Shown here piece by piece: positions 20,101 through 29,657 of a DNA stretch of 59,201 bases. Where the stretch lies: NCBI GenBank assembly GCA_018675975.1, contig JABGXB010000001.1:1-59201 (forward strand), written 5' to 3'. Positions within the stretch are counted from its first letter, which is position 1. The number at the start of each line of letters is the position of its first letter. The DNA comes from Candidatus Woesearchaeota archaeon (lineage in GTDB: Archaea; Nanobdellota; Nanobdellia; Woesearchaeales; JABGXB01). Under the pieces are notes generated by a model, which did no database searches, was not told where the DNA came from, and saw only the letters and a program-made list of their open reading frames with translations. The position numbers were made by a program, and so were the translations under genes.

Positions 20101-22792
20101 TAGTTAAATCAATATTATTTCTATTAACTTTTAAACTTAAATTGGAACTAACTTTTGCACTTGATAGTAAAAGTGGATTGACTCTTAAAAATGGATATGC
20201 ACCAGCATATTCCCATATGTTTGTAAAGTCCCAGCCTTGATATGTTGCTTGTGTTTGTAGTTCAGTTAAATTTTTGGAATGAGTAGTTGTCTTTCCATAC
20301 TCTCTTCCTGTTTGATTATTTTTTTTTGCTGGATCTAAAACATAACTATTTAATAGAGTTACTTTTGATCTTTTTGTATGGTATCTAAATTTTCTACTAT
20401 GTTTTTTATCATAACCGATTACTGTTCCAACTATAGTATTAGTTCCAATAGAAGTATTAATTGTTGAATATACATTTTTTATATCTACATTATATACTGA
20501 ACCTAAATATGCTACACTAGTTTCCCCATATCCAGTTACTCCACCATAAAAATTTGAATTATTTATATCTACAGTTGTTTGAATATATGAATCTTTAATT
20601 GAGGATGGGCCACCCATATATCCTATTAAACCACCAACATAATTTGAATCATTAACATTTAATGTTCCATGTGAATAACTTTCAAAAATATCTCCGTATT
20701 GTAAATATCCTGATAGTGTACCTGTATAATTTCCACTATAAACATTTACAGTTCCATTAAAAAATGAATTTCCAATTGTACCTTGACTTTTTCCAAATAA
20801 GCCTCCTGTATAATTTGTTCCATTAATTGTAGAATTTAAATAAATAAAACTAGCGATATTTTTATTTAATCTTCCATTTGCAAAACCTGATACACCACCT
20901 ACATATGAATTTCCAATAGTTTTTCCATCTAAACTTACATTTAATATATGATAAGAATTTAAGCCTGATATTCCCCCAACATAATTATCACCAGTGACAT
21001 TACCATTAATAACAATATTACTTACGCTTGGTGATTCAGCATCGATAATTGTATTTGTACATGATAAAATACCTGCGCTCCAAATACTATTTTTAGTACT
21101 TTTACATTCCCTTTTGGTTTTATAATTTTCATCTCCGAATAAACTTCCTACATAATTTTTAGTTGGATTATTTACTATAAATTTTGATAATGTTAAATTG
21201 TAGATTTTTCCTTTAAATAATGGAATTAGTCCAATTTTATTTCCTGCCGATTGACTAATATTCATACTTGTTATAACTTTTCCATTTCCATTAAATTCTT
21301 TTTCATAATAAGTTGTAATTCCTCCTGCTGATCCATGCCAATCTGCTGGGAACGGGTCGCCAGAACAATCTATATTATTTTGTAATTCAACGTTTCGATT
21401 TTTCCTTATATTAAATCTCATTTCTGAACAATTATACACTTTATTTCCAGTCACATTAATTGTCATACTTAAATTAATTGCACCAAGGTCATGCGCACAA
21501 TCAACATCAACATATGTAGATTCATTTCTTAATCCATTTGTTAGTGTGAAATTATGTTTTATTTGATTATAATCCATACTATATCTAGTTCCATTGTTTT
21601 TGAATTCAACTGTACACGATGGATTAGAAACTCCTTCAGTATTTGCATATATATTAATAGAATCTCTAAAACTTACAATATCGGAATAATTTAACGGTGC
21701 TGAATTAGGTGCATAAAATATTTTATTTTCAATTTTTATTGGGTCTGAAAATGAATGTGTAATGCTTAAATTATTTGAATAAATAAATAATTCTCTGACT
21801 TCAAATTCGGCTTTACCAGAATCAAGTTTACATTCTGTTTTTTGATTAGTACTTCTACAAAACTCACCATAAATTATTAAACTGTCACTAGGGTTTGGAT
21901 CATAATAACTTTGTTTATAATAAGTAAAACCATTTGGACATATAGTTGAACCTATACATTTTTCTGTTGAGTGATATTTTGAACCATATGAATTCCAATA
22001 AGATTCTCCTGTGTCAGTACATACTTTCCAATGAAAAAATTCATATTTACTTTTACAAGATTCATTATAACTTGTAGTTTGTAATAAAAGATTTGTATTT
22101 TCAGTATAATCAAAATTTTGTTTTGAAAAACTTGGGTCAAACATTATATGTTGTAAATCATTTCCTGATTGAATTTTAAAATCAACACTTCCTTTATATG
22201 CTCTTCTTGCATACATATTTACTTTATAATTTTGAGATCCATCTAAATTTAAATTAACAGTTAAATTACTTATATTTGCAGAAATTACATTATTTGCGGT
22301 TGTATTTAATGAAAAGCTACTATTATAATAGTGAAAAATATTATTAGCATTACTTGAATAAGACTTATTTGCATTTCCATAATATACAAAAAAAGTATTA
22401 TCACCTGTTGTTAAATTAACTTTAAACCAAACATCCATTCCTTGATTTCCATTACAACCTGTTCTTCGTTTAAATGCAGCTACCCATGGTTGTGCATTAA
22501 TTGTTTCTGACCATGAATTAATTAATGTAATTTTATCTGATTTTGTAATTTGTATATTACTACAATTTGAATTTAATAAATTTCTAGCAATTAAATTTCT
22601 TGAGTCAATATTAATTGACATTGAAAAATTTTCTATGGTTCCTGGTGAATTGACTGTGATTTGTCTATATTCAATAAAATTTGATATATTTATTGTTTCT
22701 GCATTTATTGAAAATGAAAATAATAGAGTTATAATTAAAGTTATAATTAGTACTACAAATAATCTATCAAAACCTCTTTTATAAACTACCAA
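17012..22792 (-). CDS. Giant surface glycoprotein: signal peptide, DUF2341-like domain, GLUG repeats, Cys-rich/Ig-like repeats, C-terminal PEF-CTERM
   Basis: TTG start with GGGG SD-like tract; VWFKV...VYYGN; repeated xVGGLxG; many N-x-S/T sequons; ends VPEF-hydrophobic helix-RKQ. Confidence 0.88.
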   Translation of the reverse strand: MVVYKRGFDRLFVVLIITLIITLLFSFSINAETINISNFIEYRQITVNSPGTIENFSMSINIDSRNLIARNLLNSNCSNIQITKSDKITLINSWSETINAQPWVAAFKRRTGCNGNQGMDVWFKVNLTTGDNTFFVYYGNANKSYSSNANNIFHYYNSSFSLNTTANNVISANISNLTVNLNLDGSQNYKVNMYARRAYKGSVDFKIQSGNDLQHIMFDPSFSKQNFDYTENTNLLLQTTSYNESCKSKYEFFHWKVCTDTGESYWNSYGSKYHSTEKCIGSTICPNGFTYYKQSYYDPNPSDSLIIYGEFCRSTNQKTECKLDSGKAEFEVRELFIYSNNLSITHSFSDPIKIENKIFYAPNSAPLNYSDIVSFRDSINIYANTEGVSNPSCTVEFKNNGTRYSMDYNQIKHNFTLTNGLRNESTYVDVDCAHDLGAINLSMTINVTGNKVYNCSEMRFNIRKNRNVELQNNIDCSGDPFPADWHGSAGGITTYYEKEFNGNGKVITSMNISQSAGNKIGLIPLFKGKIYNLTLSKFIVNNPTKNYVGSLFGDENYKTKRECKSTKNSIWSAGILSCTNTIIDAESPSVSNIVINGNVTGDNYVGGISGLNSYHILNVSLDGKTIGNSYVGGVSGFANGRLNKNIASFIYLNSTINGTNYTGGLFGKSQGTIGNSFFNGTVNVYSGNYTGTLSGYLQYGDIFESYSHGTLNVNDSNYVGGLIGYMGGPSSIKDSYIQTTVDINNSNFYGGVTGYGETSVAYLGSVYNVDIKNVYSTINTSIGTNTIVGTVIGYDKKHSRKFRYHTKRSKVTLLNSYVLDPAKKNNQTGREYGKTTTHSKNLTELQTQATYQGWDFTNIWEYAGAYPFLRVNPLLLSSAKVSSNLSLKVNRNNIDLTTYVGEAILINSETISPVKDSFTGNKHILSVFNPQGEIVYQRTNSTISERFLLKNVGVYKIKAEYLKNSKVNYSSKVINVTTTFPFPVAIGVINNVNNCSDLKNKIIANVDINITGNIDCSGTDFTDWSSDEVGYTKTNKSFNGNNYVIKNIYINSPDKDNVALFPIIDAGGSIINAVFKNITVIGRDNVSVIAGKTASANPDVSDYIAKKISILNSTITGRHRVGGIGGYISGYIKNSFVNITITAQDYVGGLVGHAQNVAAKDVHVRVDITADDKVGGIAGYANKASALQVFVEGKIGGELDVGGLVGQIKKVQIPEYSDIDREKYPTQYEEVVNQTKELVESLYYIEGVFFEEMTNTKNANQSLTALGNWKKAEISELIDKHNIQNPISELSFENFNGLNSTEILEKELFESDGFDVNNPWTVKDGSDRPRMCGLLYDRETNANECDSIVISLSLGYGIRGKNQITKYGFTTFNISVGDDYNNGISPFYREAKTVTIRDEGTKIIEFDHNFGSKTLNMKNTIINKTVDSLHIKNLNLIPNTKTLYTQINQTSTICLKDSQFNSIGNITDDCSAADEYIFEKESCRKIEIIARNNKENLECYLDSTDKFIIYGVENSGVVGSRATSEIGHTFTDLGQVNEDIIFKSNYRNNFKRDLISGATCTLNIQGETEVSMSEDLDDFTYTLDNGKSTNGTYTYNVSCAATGENTVFVNNTFEVGFIDADEDGTYDGIDKLKGKVTDIKGTGFTNRILAIGSHRSNNNNVAASYTGVKQIQVLDGPVSIISYLHNFSKNHIKLSDINVTKTANAVLVRGVDLLAEFNKTITAPISANTICVKNKETTSITDISSACDQAGEIIFTKDECIQATSKIEGTDIIKCTYDTSRSAYVVSGLRYSLVSGLETQLETTDNVSGDAFLNEEIQFRANYTNSTSGNTITGATCNIEFHGNGSEYSMTYNSPYYIYNHTGFSTAQTVLHNVTCSASGYVTLTAEDSVSIYTPPVPEFEDIALMITILGSICISGYIRKQNITT

Positions 22793-22954
22793 ATCTACCC
22801 CTTACTATTTTTTTTTATAATTTAGTTTATAAAGTTTATTTTTTTCTTAGTAATTTTTATTATAATTATTTTTATTTTGTTAACTATTGATTTTTTTTAA
22901 AGGAAAGTTTTTTAAACTGAGATCATGCCTCAATTTATAATAAGGTTATAAAAA

Positions 22955-23248
22955 ATGGTAAAACGTGTTGGTGGTTTAAGAAGAAAAACTAGACATCTTT
23001 TAAGAAATGATGTTAAAAGTAGAGGAAAATTATCCTTAGTTAAATTTTTTCAAAAATTTAATGATGGGGATAAAGTAATTTTAAAACTACAACCGAATTG
23101 CCAAAATGGTATGTTTCACAGACGATATCAAGGAAATGTTGCTACTGTAAGTGGCACTCAAGGAAGTTGTTATACTGTTAAATTACCTTATCTTGGTAAA
23201 GAAAAAGAATTGATTGTTCATCCAATTCATTTATTTTTACAAAATTAA
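22955..23248 (+). CDS. rpl21e: 50S ribosomal protein L21e
   Basis: GLRRKTRHLL, GDKV, GMFHRRYQG, LIVHPIHL; conserved synteny with rpo4 and DUF655. Confidence 0.96.
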   Translation: MVKRVGGLRRKTRHLLRNDVKSRGKLSLVKFFQKFNDGDKVILKLQPNCQNGMFHRRYQGNVATVSGTQGSCYTVKLPYLGKEKELIVHPIHLFLQN

Positions 23249-23262
23249 TTTTGGTGGTTACT

Positions 23263-23619
23263 ATGTCAGACGAATTTGATTTAATTGAAAAAACTCCTGT
23301 TTCTTTATCAGAGTTAAAAGAAACATTGGACGAAATAAAAGAAAGAGACGGAGAGCTTAATTTTCGGGGTAATAGGACAGTGGATTATTTAAATAATGTT
23401 CCTGTGATGTCTAAAGAAAATAGAAATAAATTTTTTGATGAATTAAAAGCATTAGATTATAGCAGATTAAAGGTTGAAATTATATCAAAATTAGCTGATT
23501 TTTTACCACAAAATGAAGATGAACTTGATTTAGTAATGAAAAGTTTTAGTACTGTGACATTAACTAAAGAACAATTATTAAAATTATTAGAAATTTGCAA
23601 GAATTATTCATTTGAGTAG
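23263..23619 (+). CDS. rpo4: RNA polymerase subunit Rpo4 (RpoF)
   Basis: VSLSELKETL...ELNFRGNRTVDYL, KLADFLPQNEDEL; GGTGG SD before ATG 23263; synteny. Confidence 0.9.
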   Translation: MSDEFDLIEKTPVSLSELKETLDEIKERDGELNFRGNRTVDYLNNVPVMSKENRNKFFDELKALDYSRLKVEIISKLADFLPQNEDELDLVMKSFSTVTLTKEQLLKLLEICKNYSFE

Positions 23620-23726
23620 ATTTTTATGTTTTTAATATAATTTGTATATTAATGAATAGATCTATTTGGGCTATTTGCTCCGGTAAATATTTAAATAAAT
23701 TGTGTTCTATAAAATTATAATATTAA

Positions 23727-24314
23727 ATGAAGGGTATTAAAATGATTGATCAAAAAAAAATACAAAAATCAAAGGAAGAGAATGTGATTGTATTAGATTT
23801 TTTGCCACATGGAAATTCTCAAACTAAAAAATCATTTAAACAAATTCCATTAATTCAGGCAATTGGTACTAATAGATTTAGTTTATTAGAAATTGTTCCA
23901 AAACCTGATGTTCAAGTAATGCCTGGTGATATTTTATATGTTGGTGAAGGTAAAAGAGATAAAGTTCATCATATTTCTGGTAAATTAGATTATGAAAAAT
24001 TAACTGGAAATAGTCAACAAGAATTAACTTATGCAGTTGAAAAAATAGTAGGAGATAATGAAAAAAACTTTGTTGAGTTTTATAATAAAGCACAAGCCAT
24101 TGGATTAAGACGTCATGCTTTAGAATTACTTCCAGGTTTAGGAAAACGGTATATGTGGGATATTATTGAAGAAAGAGAAGAAAAAGAATTTGAATCTTTT
24201 GATAATATTAAAGAAAGAATAAAAGCAATACCGAGTCCAAAACAAGCAATAATTAAAAGAATAATTCATGAACTTAAAGAAGAAGAAAAATTCTATTTAT
24301 TTGTGGATAAATAA
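23727..24314 (+). CDS. DUF655 putative RNA-binding protein
   Basis: VLDFLPHG, QAIG...FSLLE, HALELLPGLGK; synteny with rpl21e-rpo4. Confidence 0.92.
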   Translation: MKGIKMIDQKKIQKSKEENVIVLDFLPHGNSQTKKSFKQIPLIQAIGTNRFSLLEIVPKPDVQVMPGDILYVGEGKRDKVHHISGKLDYEKLTGNSQQELTYAVEKIVGDNEKNFVEFYNKAQAIGLRRHALELLPGLGKRYMWDIIEEREEKEFESFDNIKERIKAIPSPKQAIIKRIIHELKEEEKFYLFVDK

Positions 24315-24453
24315 TTATTTTTATTTTCTTAAATTTTATATTTAATTATATATTTAATTTCTGTTTTATTTTTTTAAGTTTTATATTTAATTATTATTTA
24401 ATTATCTGTTTTTGAATAGAAAATAATATAAAAGAAATGAGTTAATTTTTCTC

Positions 24454-25884
24454 ATGGTTAATAATAATATTTTATCACAAAGATATGTTACTGATAGTAT
24501 TAATGATATTTTTTCAGAAGAAGGTAAAACTTTAATGGAGAGAAGAATTTGGTTAACAGTTTTAAAATCACAATTTGAATTGGGTTTAGGTGGTATTACT
24601 AAAGAAATTATTAATAAATATGAATCAAATTTAAATGTTATTGATTTGAAACGAATTGGTGAAATTGAAACAATTACAAAACATGATGTGAAAGCAAAAA
24701 TTCAAGCATTTAATGAGTCTGCTCAAATTTCTGGAAATGAAGAACAAATTCATAGGGGTATGACTTCTCGTGATTTAACTGATAATGTTGAACAATATCA
24801 AATTCTTTGTGCGTCAAAAATAATAATGGGTAAAAAAACTTCACTTTTAAATAAATTATTAGACCTTGCAGATAAATATGAAAAAACATATATTGTAGCA
24901 AGAACTCATCATCAACCAGCTCAACTTACTACATTTGGAAAAAGAATATCATTTATTGCAGAGGAATTATTATATCATATAAAGAAATTTGATTTTTTTA
25001 TAGAACAATATCCTCTTCGTGGAATTAAAGGACCTGTTGGTACTCAAGTCGATATGTTAAATTTATTAGGTTCTGATAAAAAAGTTTATGATTTGGAAAA
25101 AATGGTTGCTCATGAATTGGGTTTTGAACAAGTTTTAGATTCTGTTGGTCAAATTTATCCTAGGAGTTTAGATTTTGATTTAGTTTCAAATTTAGTTGGA
25201 TTATCTTCTGCAAGTGAAAATTTTACAAATACAATAAGATTGATGGCAGGTTATAATTTACTAACTGAAGGTTTTAAACCAGGTCAAGTTGGTAGTGCAG
25301 CTATGCCACATAAACAAAATACTAGAACTTCTGAGAGGGTAGATGGTTTTTCAAATACATTAAAAGGATATTTAACTATGGCTTCAATTCAATCTGGTAA
25401 TCAGTGGGAGGAAGGAGATGTTAGTTGTTCTGTTGCTCGTAGAGTTTTTATTGCTGATGCGTTTTATGCAATTGATGGGCAATTAGAATCTACATTAAAT
25501 ATTGTTAATAATTTAGGCATTTTTCCTGAAGTTATTAAAAATGAAATTTCGGATTGGTTGCCATTTTTAGCATCTACTTTATTTTTAACTTATCTTACTG
25601 AAACAGGCTTTGGCAGAGAGGAAGCTCATTTATTGATAAAAGAAATTTCAGTACAAGAAGCATTGTATGTAAGGGATGGTAAAAAAAACAATTTAATTAA
25701 TTCTTTGGCTGAAAATAGTAAAATAAAAGGTGCTGGGATTAAATTATTTGATTTATATTCATTAATTAATCTTAAAGATGATATGATTGGAACAACTTAT
25801 AGTCAAATAGAAAGAGTTAGAGAAAAGTCAATGCCTATGATTAAAAAGTATGGTTCTGATTATAATAGTAGAGATATTTTATAG
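24454..25884 (+). CDS. purB: Adenylosuccinate lyase
   Basis: KHDVKA, HRGMTSRD, ARTHHQPAQLTT, GIKGPVGT, GSAAMPHKQN signature. Confidence 0.92.
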   Translation: MVNNNILSQRYVTDSINDIFSEEGKTLMERRIWLTVLKSQFELGLGGITKEIINKYESNLNVIDLKRIGEIETITKHDVKAKIQAFNESAQISGNEEQIHRGMTSRDLTDNVEQYQILCASKIIMGKKTSLLNKLLDLADKYEKTYIVARTHHQPAQLTTFGKRISFIAEELLYHIKKFDFFIEQYPLRGIKGPVGTQVDMLNLLGSDKKVYDLEKMVAHELGFEQVLDSVGQIYPRSLDFDLVSNLVGLSSASENFTNTIRLMAGYNLLTEGFKPGQVGSAAMPHKQNTRTSERVDGFSNTLKGYLTMASIQSGNQWEEGDVSCSVARRVFIADAFYAIDGQLESTLNIVNNLGIFPEVIKNEISDWLPFLASTLFLTYLTETGFGREEAHLLIKEISVQEALYVRDGKKNNLINSLAENSKIKGAGIKLFDLYSLINLKDDMIGTTYSQIERVREKSMPMIKKYGSDYNSRDIL

Positions 25885-25971
25885 TTTTAGATTTTATTAA
25901 GATTTTAATTTTATGGCTTATTTATTTTTTTATCGATAAAATTTATAAATTGACTTTACCAAAATTTTCCT

Positions 25972-26916
25972 ATGGCATCAGCACTTAATACTCTAAATCA
26001 AGTAAAAGAAGTATTTGTAAAACTAAAGGAAGAGTTAGGAAAAATAATTGTGGGACAAGAACATATTATTGAACATGTTTTAATTTCAATACTTACTAAT
26101 CAAAATGCATTATTAGAATCATATCCTGGTTTAGGAAAAACATTACTTATTAAATCCATATCTGAAATTTTAGATTTAGATTTTAAAAGAATACAAAATA
26201 CTCCTGATTTAATGCCATCAGATGTAATTGGTACTTATATTATTGATGAGAGTAGAGGAAAAAAACAATTTGTTTTTCAAAAAGGTCCGGTTTTTGCAAA
26301 TTTAGTTTTAGCAGATGAGATTAATAGAGCGACACCAAAAACTCAAGCTGCACTTTTAGAAGCGATGGCGGAGAAACAAGTAACTGTTGGGAATGAAAAA
26401 TTTGAATTAGAAGCACCGTTTTTTATCTTAGCAACACAAAACCCAATAGATCAAGAAGGTACATATCCATTACCTGAAGCTCAAATTGATAGATTTTTAT
26501 TAAAAATTGTATTGGATTATCCAAATGTAAAAGAGGAAATTGAAATTTTAAATAGATTTGCATCAAATTTTAAAGTTCCTAAATTAAAACCAATTATTAA
26601 AAAAGATTCATTATTAATATTACAAAAATTAACTAGGCAAGTTCCAATTTCTGAAGATATTAAAATTAGAGTGGCAAAAATTATTAATAAAACTAGAACA
26701 AATAAAGAATTAATTGCATATGGTGCAAGTCCTAGGGCGACTATTGGTTTAATTTTAGCATCAAAAGCAAGAGCATTAATTCATGGTAGAAAATTTGTAA
26801 GTAATGATGATGTTAATGAAATGGCATTGCCAGTTTTACGTCATAGGATTATATTAAATTTTAAGGCAGAAAGAAGTGGTTTAACTATAGATGATGTTAT
26901 AAAAAAATTATTATGA
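25972..26916 (+). CDS. moxR: MoxR-family AAA+ ATPase
   Basis: PGLGKT, RIQNTPDLMPSD, LADEINRA, ATQNPID, LPEAQIDRF. Confidence 0.95.
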   Translation: MASALNTLNQVKEVFVKLKEELGKIIVGQEHIIEHVLISILTNQNALLESYPGLGKTLLIKSISEILDLDFKRIQNTPDLMPSDVIGTYIIDESRGKKQFVFQKGPVFANLVLADEINRATPKTQAALLEAMAEKQVTVGNEKFELEAPFFILATQNPIDQEGTYPLPEAQIDRFLLKIVLDYPNVKEEIEILNRFASNFKVPKLKPIIKKDSLLILQKLTRQVPISEDIKIRVAKIINKTRTNKELIAYGASPRATIGLILASKARALIHGRKFVSNDDVNEMALPVLRHRIILNFKAERSGLTIDDVIKKLL

Positions 26917-26922
26917 TTTACC

Positions 26923-27774
26923 ATGATAGATTTAAAGTTTTTGCGTGAATTAGAAAAATTTAATTTAATATTGCAAAATAAAGTAAGTTCTAATTATTCT
27001 GGTCAAAGAATAAGTACTCATGGTGGTACTGGTTTAATATTTAAAGATTTTACAACATATTCTAGAGGAGATGATTTTAGAAAAATTGATTGGAAATTAT
27101 ATGCAAGGACTGAAAAATATTATTTAAGACGTTATGAAGAAGAAAGAAATTTAACTTTACATATTGTTTTAGATGCGAGTAGTTCAATGTCATTTGGAAC
27201 ATTATCTTCAAAATTTGAATATGCATCAAAGTTAGCATTAGGTTATGCATTTATTGCATTTAAAAATAATGAAAAGTTTGTACTATCCACTTTTTCAGAT
27301 GACTTAACTTTATTTAAACCAAGTAAAGGAACAAATCAATTAATTAATATTTTAGATCACCTTAATGGACTTAAAATAAAAGGGCAAAGTAATTTTTTAA
27401 ATTCTTTATTATTATATAAAAAAAGAATATTTTCAAAATCATTAATTGTAATTTTGAGTGATTTTTTATTTAATATTGATGATATAGATCAAGTTCTTGC
27501 ACTCTATAAAAATAATGAAATTGTTTTAGTTCAAATTCTCGATAAAACTGAAGCCAGATTAGATATTGACGGAGAGTATTTGTTAACTGATGAAGAGAGC
27601 AATACATCTGTTAAAACTTATGTTTCTAATAGACTTAAAAAAAGATATAAAAATAATTTACAACATTTTCAAAAAGATTTATCTGATATTTGTGATAAAT
27701 ATGGAATTAAATTTTTAAAAGTGAGTAATGAAAAAGATATTTTTGATGTTTTTTATGAATTATTTCATGGATGA
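26923..27774 (+). CDS. DUF58 (vWA-like) protein
   Basis: YSRGDDFRKIDWKLYART, LDASSSM, ILSDFL. Confidence 0.92.
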   Translation: MIDLKFLRELEKFNLILQNKVSSNYSGQRISTHGGTGLIFKDFTTYSRGDDFRKIDWKLYARTEKYYLRRYEEERNLTLHIVLDASSSMSFGTLSSKFEYASKLALGYAFIAFKNNEKFVLSTFSDDLTLFKPSKGTNQLINILDHLNGLKIKGQSNFLNSLLLYKKRIFSKSLIVILSDFLFNIDDIDQVLALYKNNEIVLVQILDKTEARLDIDGEYLLTDEESNTSVKTYVSNRLKKRYKNNLQHFQKDLSDICDKYGIKFLKVSNEKDIFDVFYELFHG

Positions 27775-27845
27775 TTAATTAATTAGATCTTCTGTGTTTA
27801 AAGATTAATTTTATAAAGCGATTTTCGTCTATAAATTATGATATA

Positions 27846-29654
27846 ATGGCAAATTTTTTATTAAATTATTTTCATGAACCAATTAACTTAGTTTGGTTAC
27901 TTGCTCTTATTCCAATTGTTATATTTTATTTAATTAAAAGTAGGCCAAAGAAGTTAAATTTGCCTACTACGAGATTTTTATTTAAAGATGGAAATTCAAA
28001 AAACTTTAAATCATTTTTTTCAAAATTTCAATTTGATCCAATTATATTATTACAATTTTTAGCTTTATTTTTTGCAATATTTGCAATTTCAATTCCGCAT
28101 TTTCCAATTGAAAGGGAATTAGTGGCAGGTCATACTGTTTTTGTTATAGATAATTCAGCTAGTATGGACGTTGATGATAATTTTAAAAAAGTAATAAAGA
28201 CTGCAAAAAATAATTTGGGTTCTGAAAATAGTATAATTACAATAAGTCCAAATCCTAAACTTCATGTAAATAATGTAAATGCAGATGAAGCCGAAAAAAT
28301 ATTGGACGGAATTAAAATTTCTCATGGTGGGAGCTTTTACAAAGATTCAATTAATTTTGCTAGTCAAATAATTAAAAATAAAGAAAAAAGTAAGATAGTA
28401 GTTTTAGGTGATTTAATTGATAGTTCTTTTGAAATTGATTATAAATTGTTAACTACAAATTTAGAATCAAAAGGAAATTTTATTGATTATGTTCAAATTG
28501 GTGGACGTGGAGATAATGTTGGTTTTGTAGATGTTTTATTTGGTGAGTCAAAAACTACTTTGTATATCAAAAATTTTGGTAAGAAAAAAAATATAATTGT
28601 AACGGTTGGTGAAACTAAATATCCTTTGAAAATTGATTCATCTTCAGTAAAAACATTAGTTTATGATAATTTAAAAAATAATCATGTAGTAGAAATATTA
28701 ACTGAAGATGATTTTTTAGTTGATAATAAACTTTATATTAGTGGGCAAAAAGTGGATGAAATGAAAATTTTATATGTAACTAATAATCCAAGTGACAGTT
28801 TGTTAAAGGCATTATCTGTAAATAAATTTATTACAGTAGAAGTTGTAAAGCTACCTGTTTTTCCTACAATTGATCATGATGTAATTATAATTGATAAAAT
28901 TACTAAAGATTTATTTTATGATGCAAGAGTTAGTGAAATTAAAAAAGCAGTTGAGGGTGGAAAATCATTAATTATTATTCCAAATAAAGAAATGTTTGAT
29001 ATCGATTGGCAAGGTTTGTGGGATGCAAAATTAATTAATATAAGTGATGATAATGAATTAATAAGTCCTGCAAGTCCAATAAATTTTATTTCAAGTACTG
29101 AATTTGGAAATATAAAAAGTCCATATTTAATTGAACATAGTAAAAATTCATTAATACTTGCTGCAACACCATCAAGTTCTATAATAACATTAGATAAAAT
29201 AAAAAAAGGAAATGTGGTTTATTATGGAATGAATGATGAGAATTCTGATTTTAAATATACATTTCATTATCCAATATTTTTTAAAAATTTAATTGATTTT
29301 TTGAGTGGAAAAGAATCATTAAGTAATTTAAATTTTAAAACGGGAAGTAAGCTTCCTTTCAAAGGGGATGTTGAAGTAAGAACATCTTTAGGAACGACAA
29401 AATTGAGTAATCCTCAATTTGATAAAGTTGGTTTTTATACAGTAAATAAAAAAACAATAGGAGTAAATTTATTAAATGAAAGAGAAAGTCAAATTGTATT
29501 TGATAGAGATGAATATATAAATAATAAAGCAGGAAATGTAAATATTGAACATAGAGGTACAGTGGATACTAATATTTATTGGTATTTATTAATTATTTTG
29601 GCCTCCATATTATTAATTGAATTATTTATAGTTAAGTTTAGAGGTGACTTATAG
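27846..29654 (+). CDS. BatA-like N-terminus + vWA domain membrane protein
   Basis: LALIPIVIFYL...PTTRFL, MIDAS-like VIDNSASM, C-terminal TM. Confidence 0.85.
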   Translation: MANFLLNYFHEPINLVWLLALIPIVIFYLIKSRPKKLNLPTTRFLFKDGNSKNFKSFFSKFQFDPIILLQFLALFFAIFAISIPHFPIERELVAGHTVFVIDNSASMDVDDNFKKVIKTAKNNLGSENSIITISPNPKLHVNNVNADEAEKILDGIKISHGGSFYKDSINFASQIIKNKEKSKIVVLGDLIDSSFEIDYKLLTTNLESKGNFIDYVQIGGRGDNVGFVDVLFGESKTTLYIKNFGKKKNIIVTVGETKYPLKIDSSSVKTLVYDNLKNNHVVEILTEDDFLVDNKLYISGQKVDEMKILYVTNNPSDSLLKALSVNKFITVEVVKLPVFPTIDHDVIIIDKITKDLFYDARVSEIKKAVEGGKSLIIIPNKEMFDIDWQGLWDAKLINISDDNELISPASPINFISSTEFGNIKSPYLIEHSKNSLILAATPSSSIITLDKIKKGNVVYYGMNDENSDFKYTFHYPIFFKNLIDFLSGKESLSNLNFKTGSKLPFKGDVEVRTSLGTTKLSNPQFDKVGFYTVNKKTIGVNLLNERESQIVFDRDEYINNKAGNVNIEHRGTVDTNIYWYLLIILASILLIELFIVKFRGDL

Positions 29655-29657
29655 AAT

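Noticed and set aside
24315..24420. Imperfect tandem repeats of TTTTATATTTAATTAT, and similar T-rich repeats at 8597-8637
   Set aside because: Low-complexity T-rich sequence after stop codons, most simply archaeal terminator regions.
25291..25320. PurB signature reads GSAAMPHK instead of GSSxMPxK, suggesting inactivation
   Set aside because: The catalytic Ser, six residues before the Lys, is retained; only the second Ser is changed.
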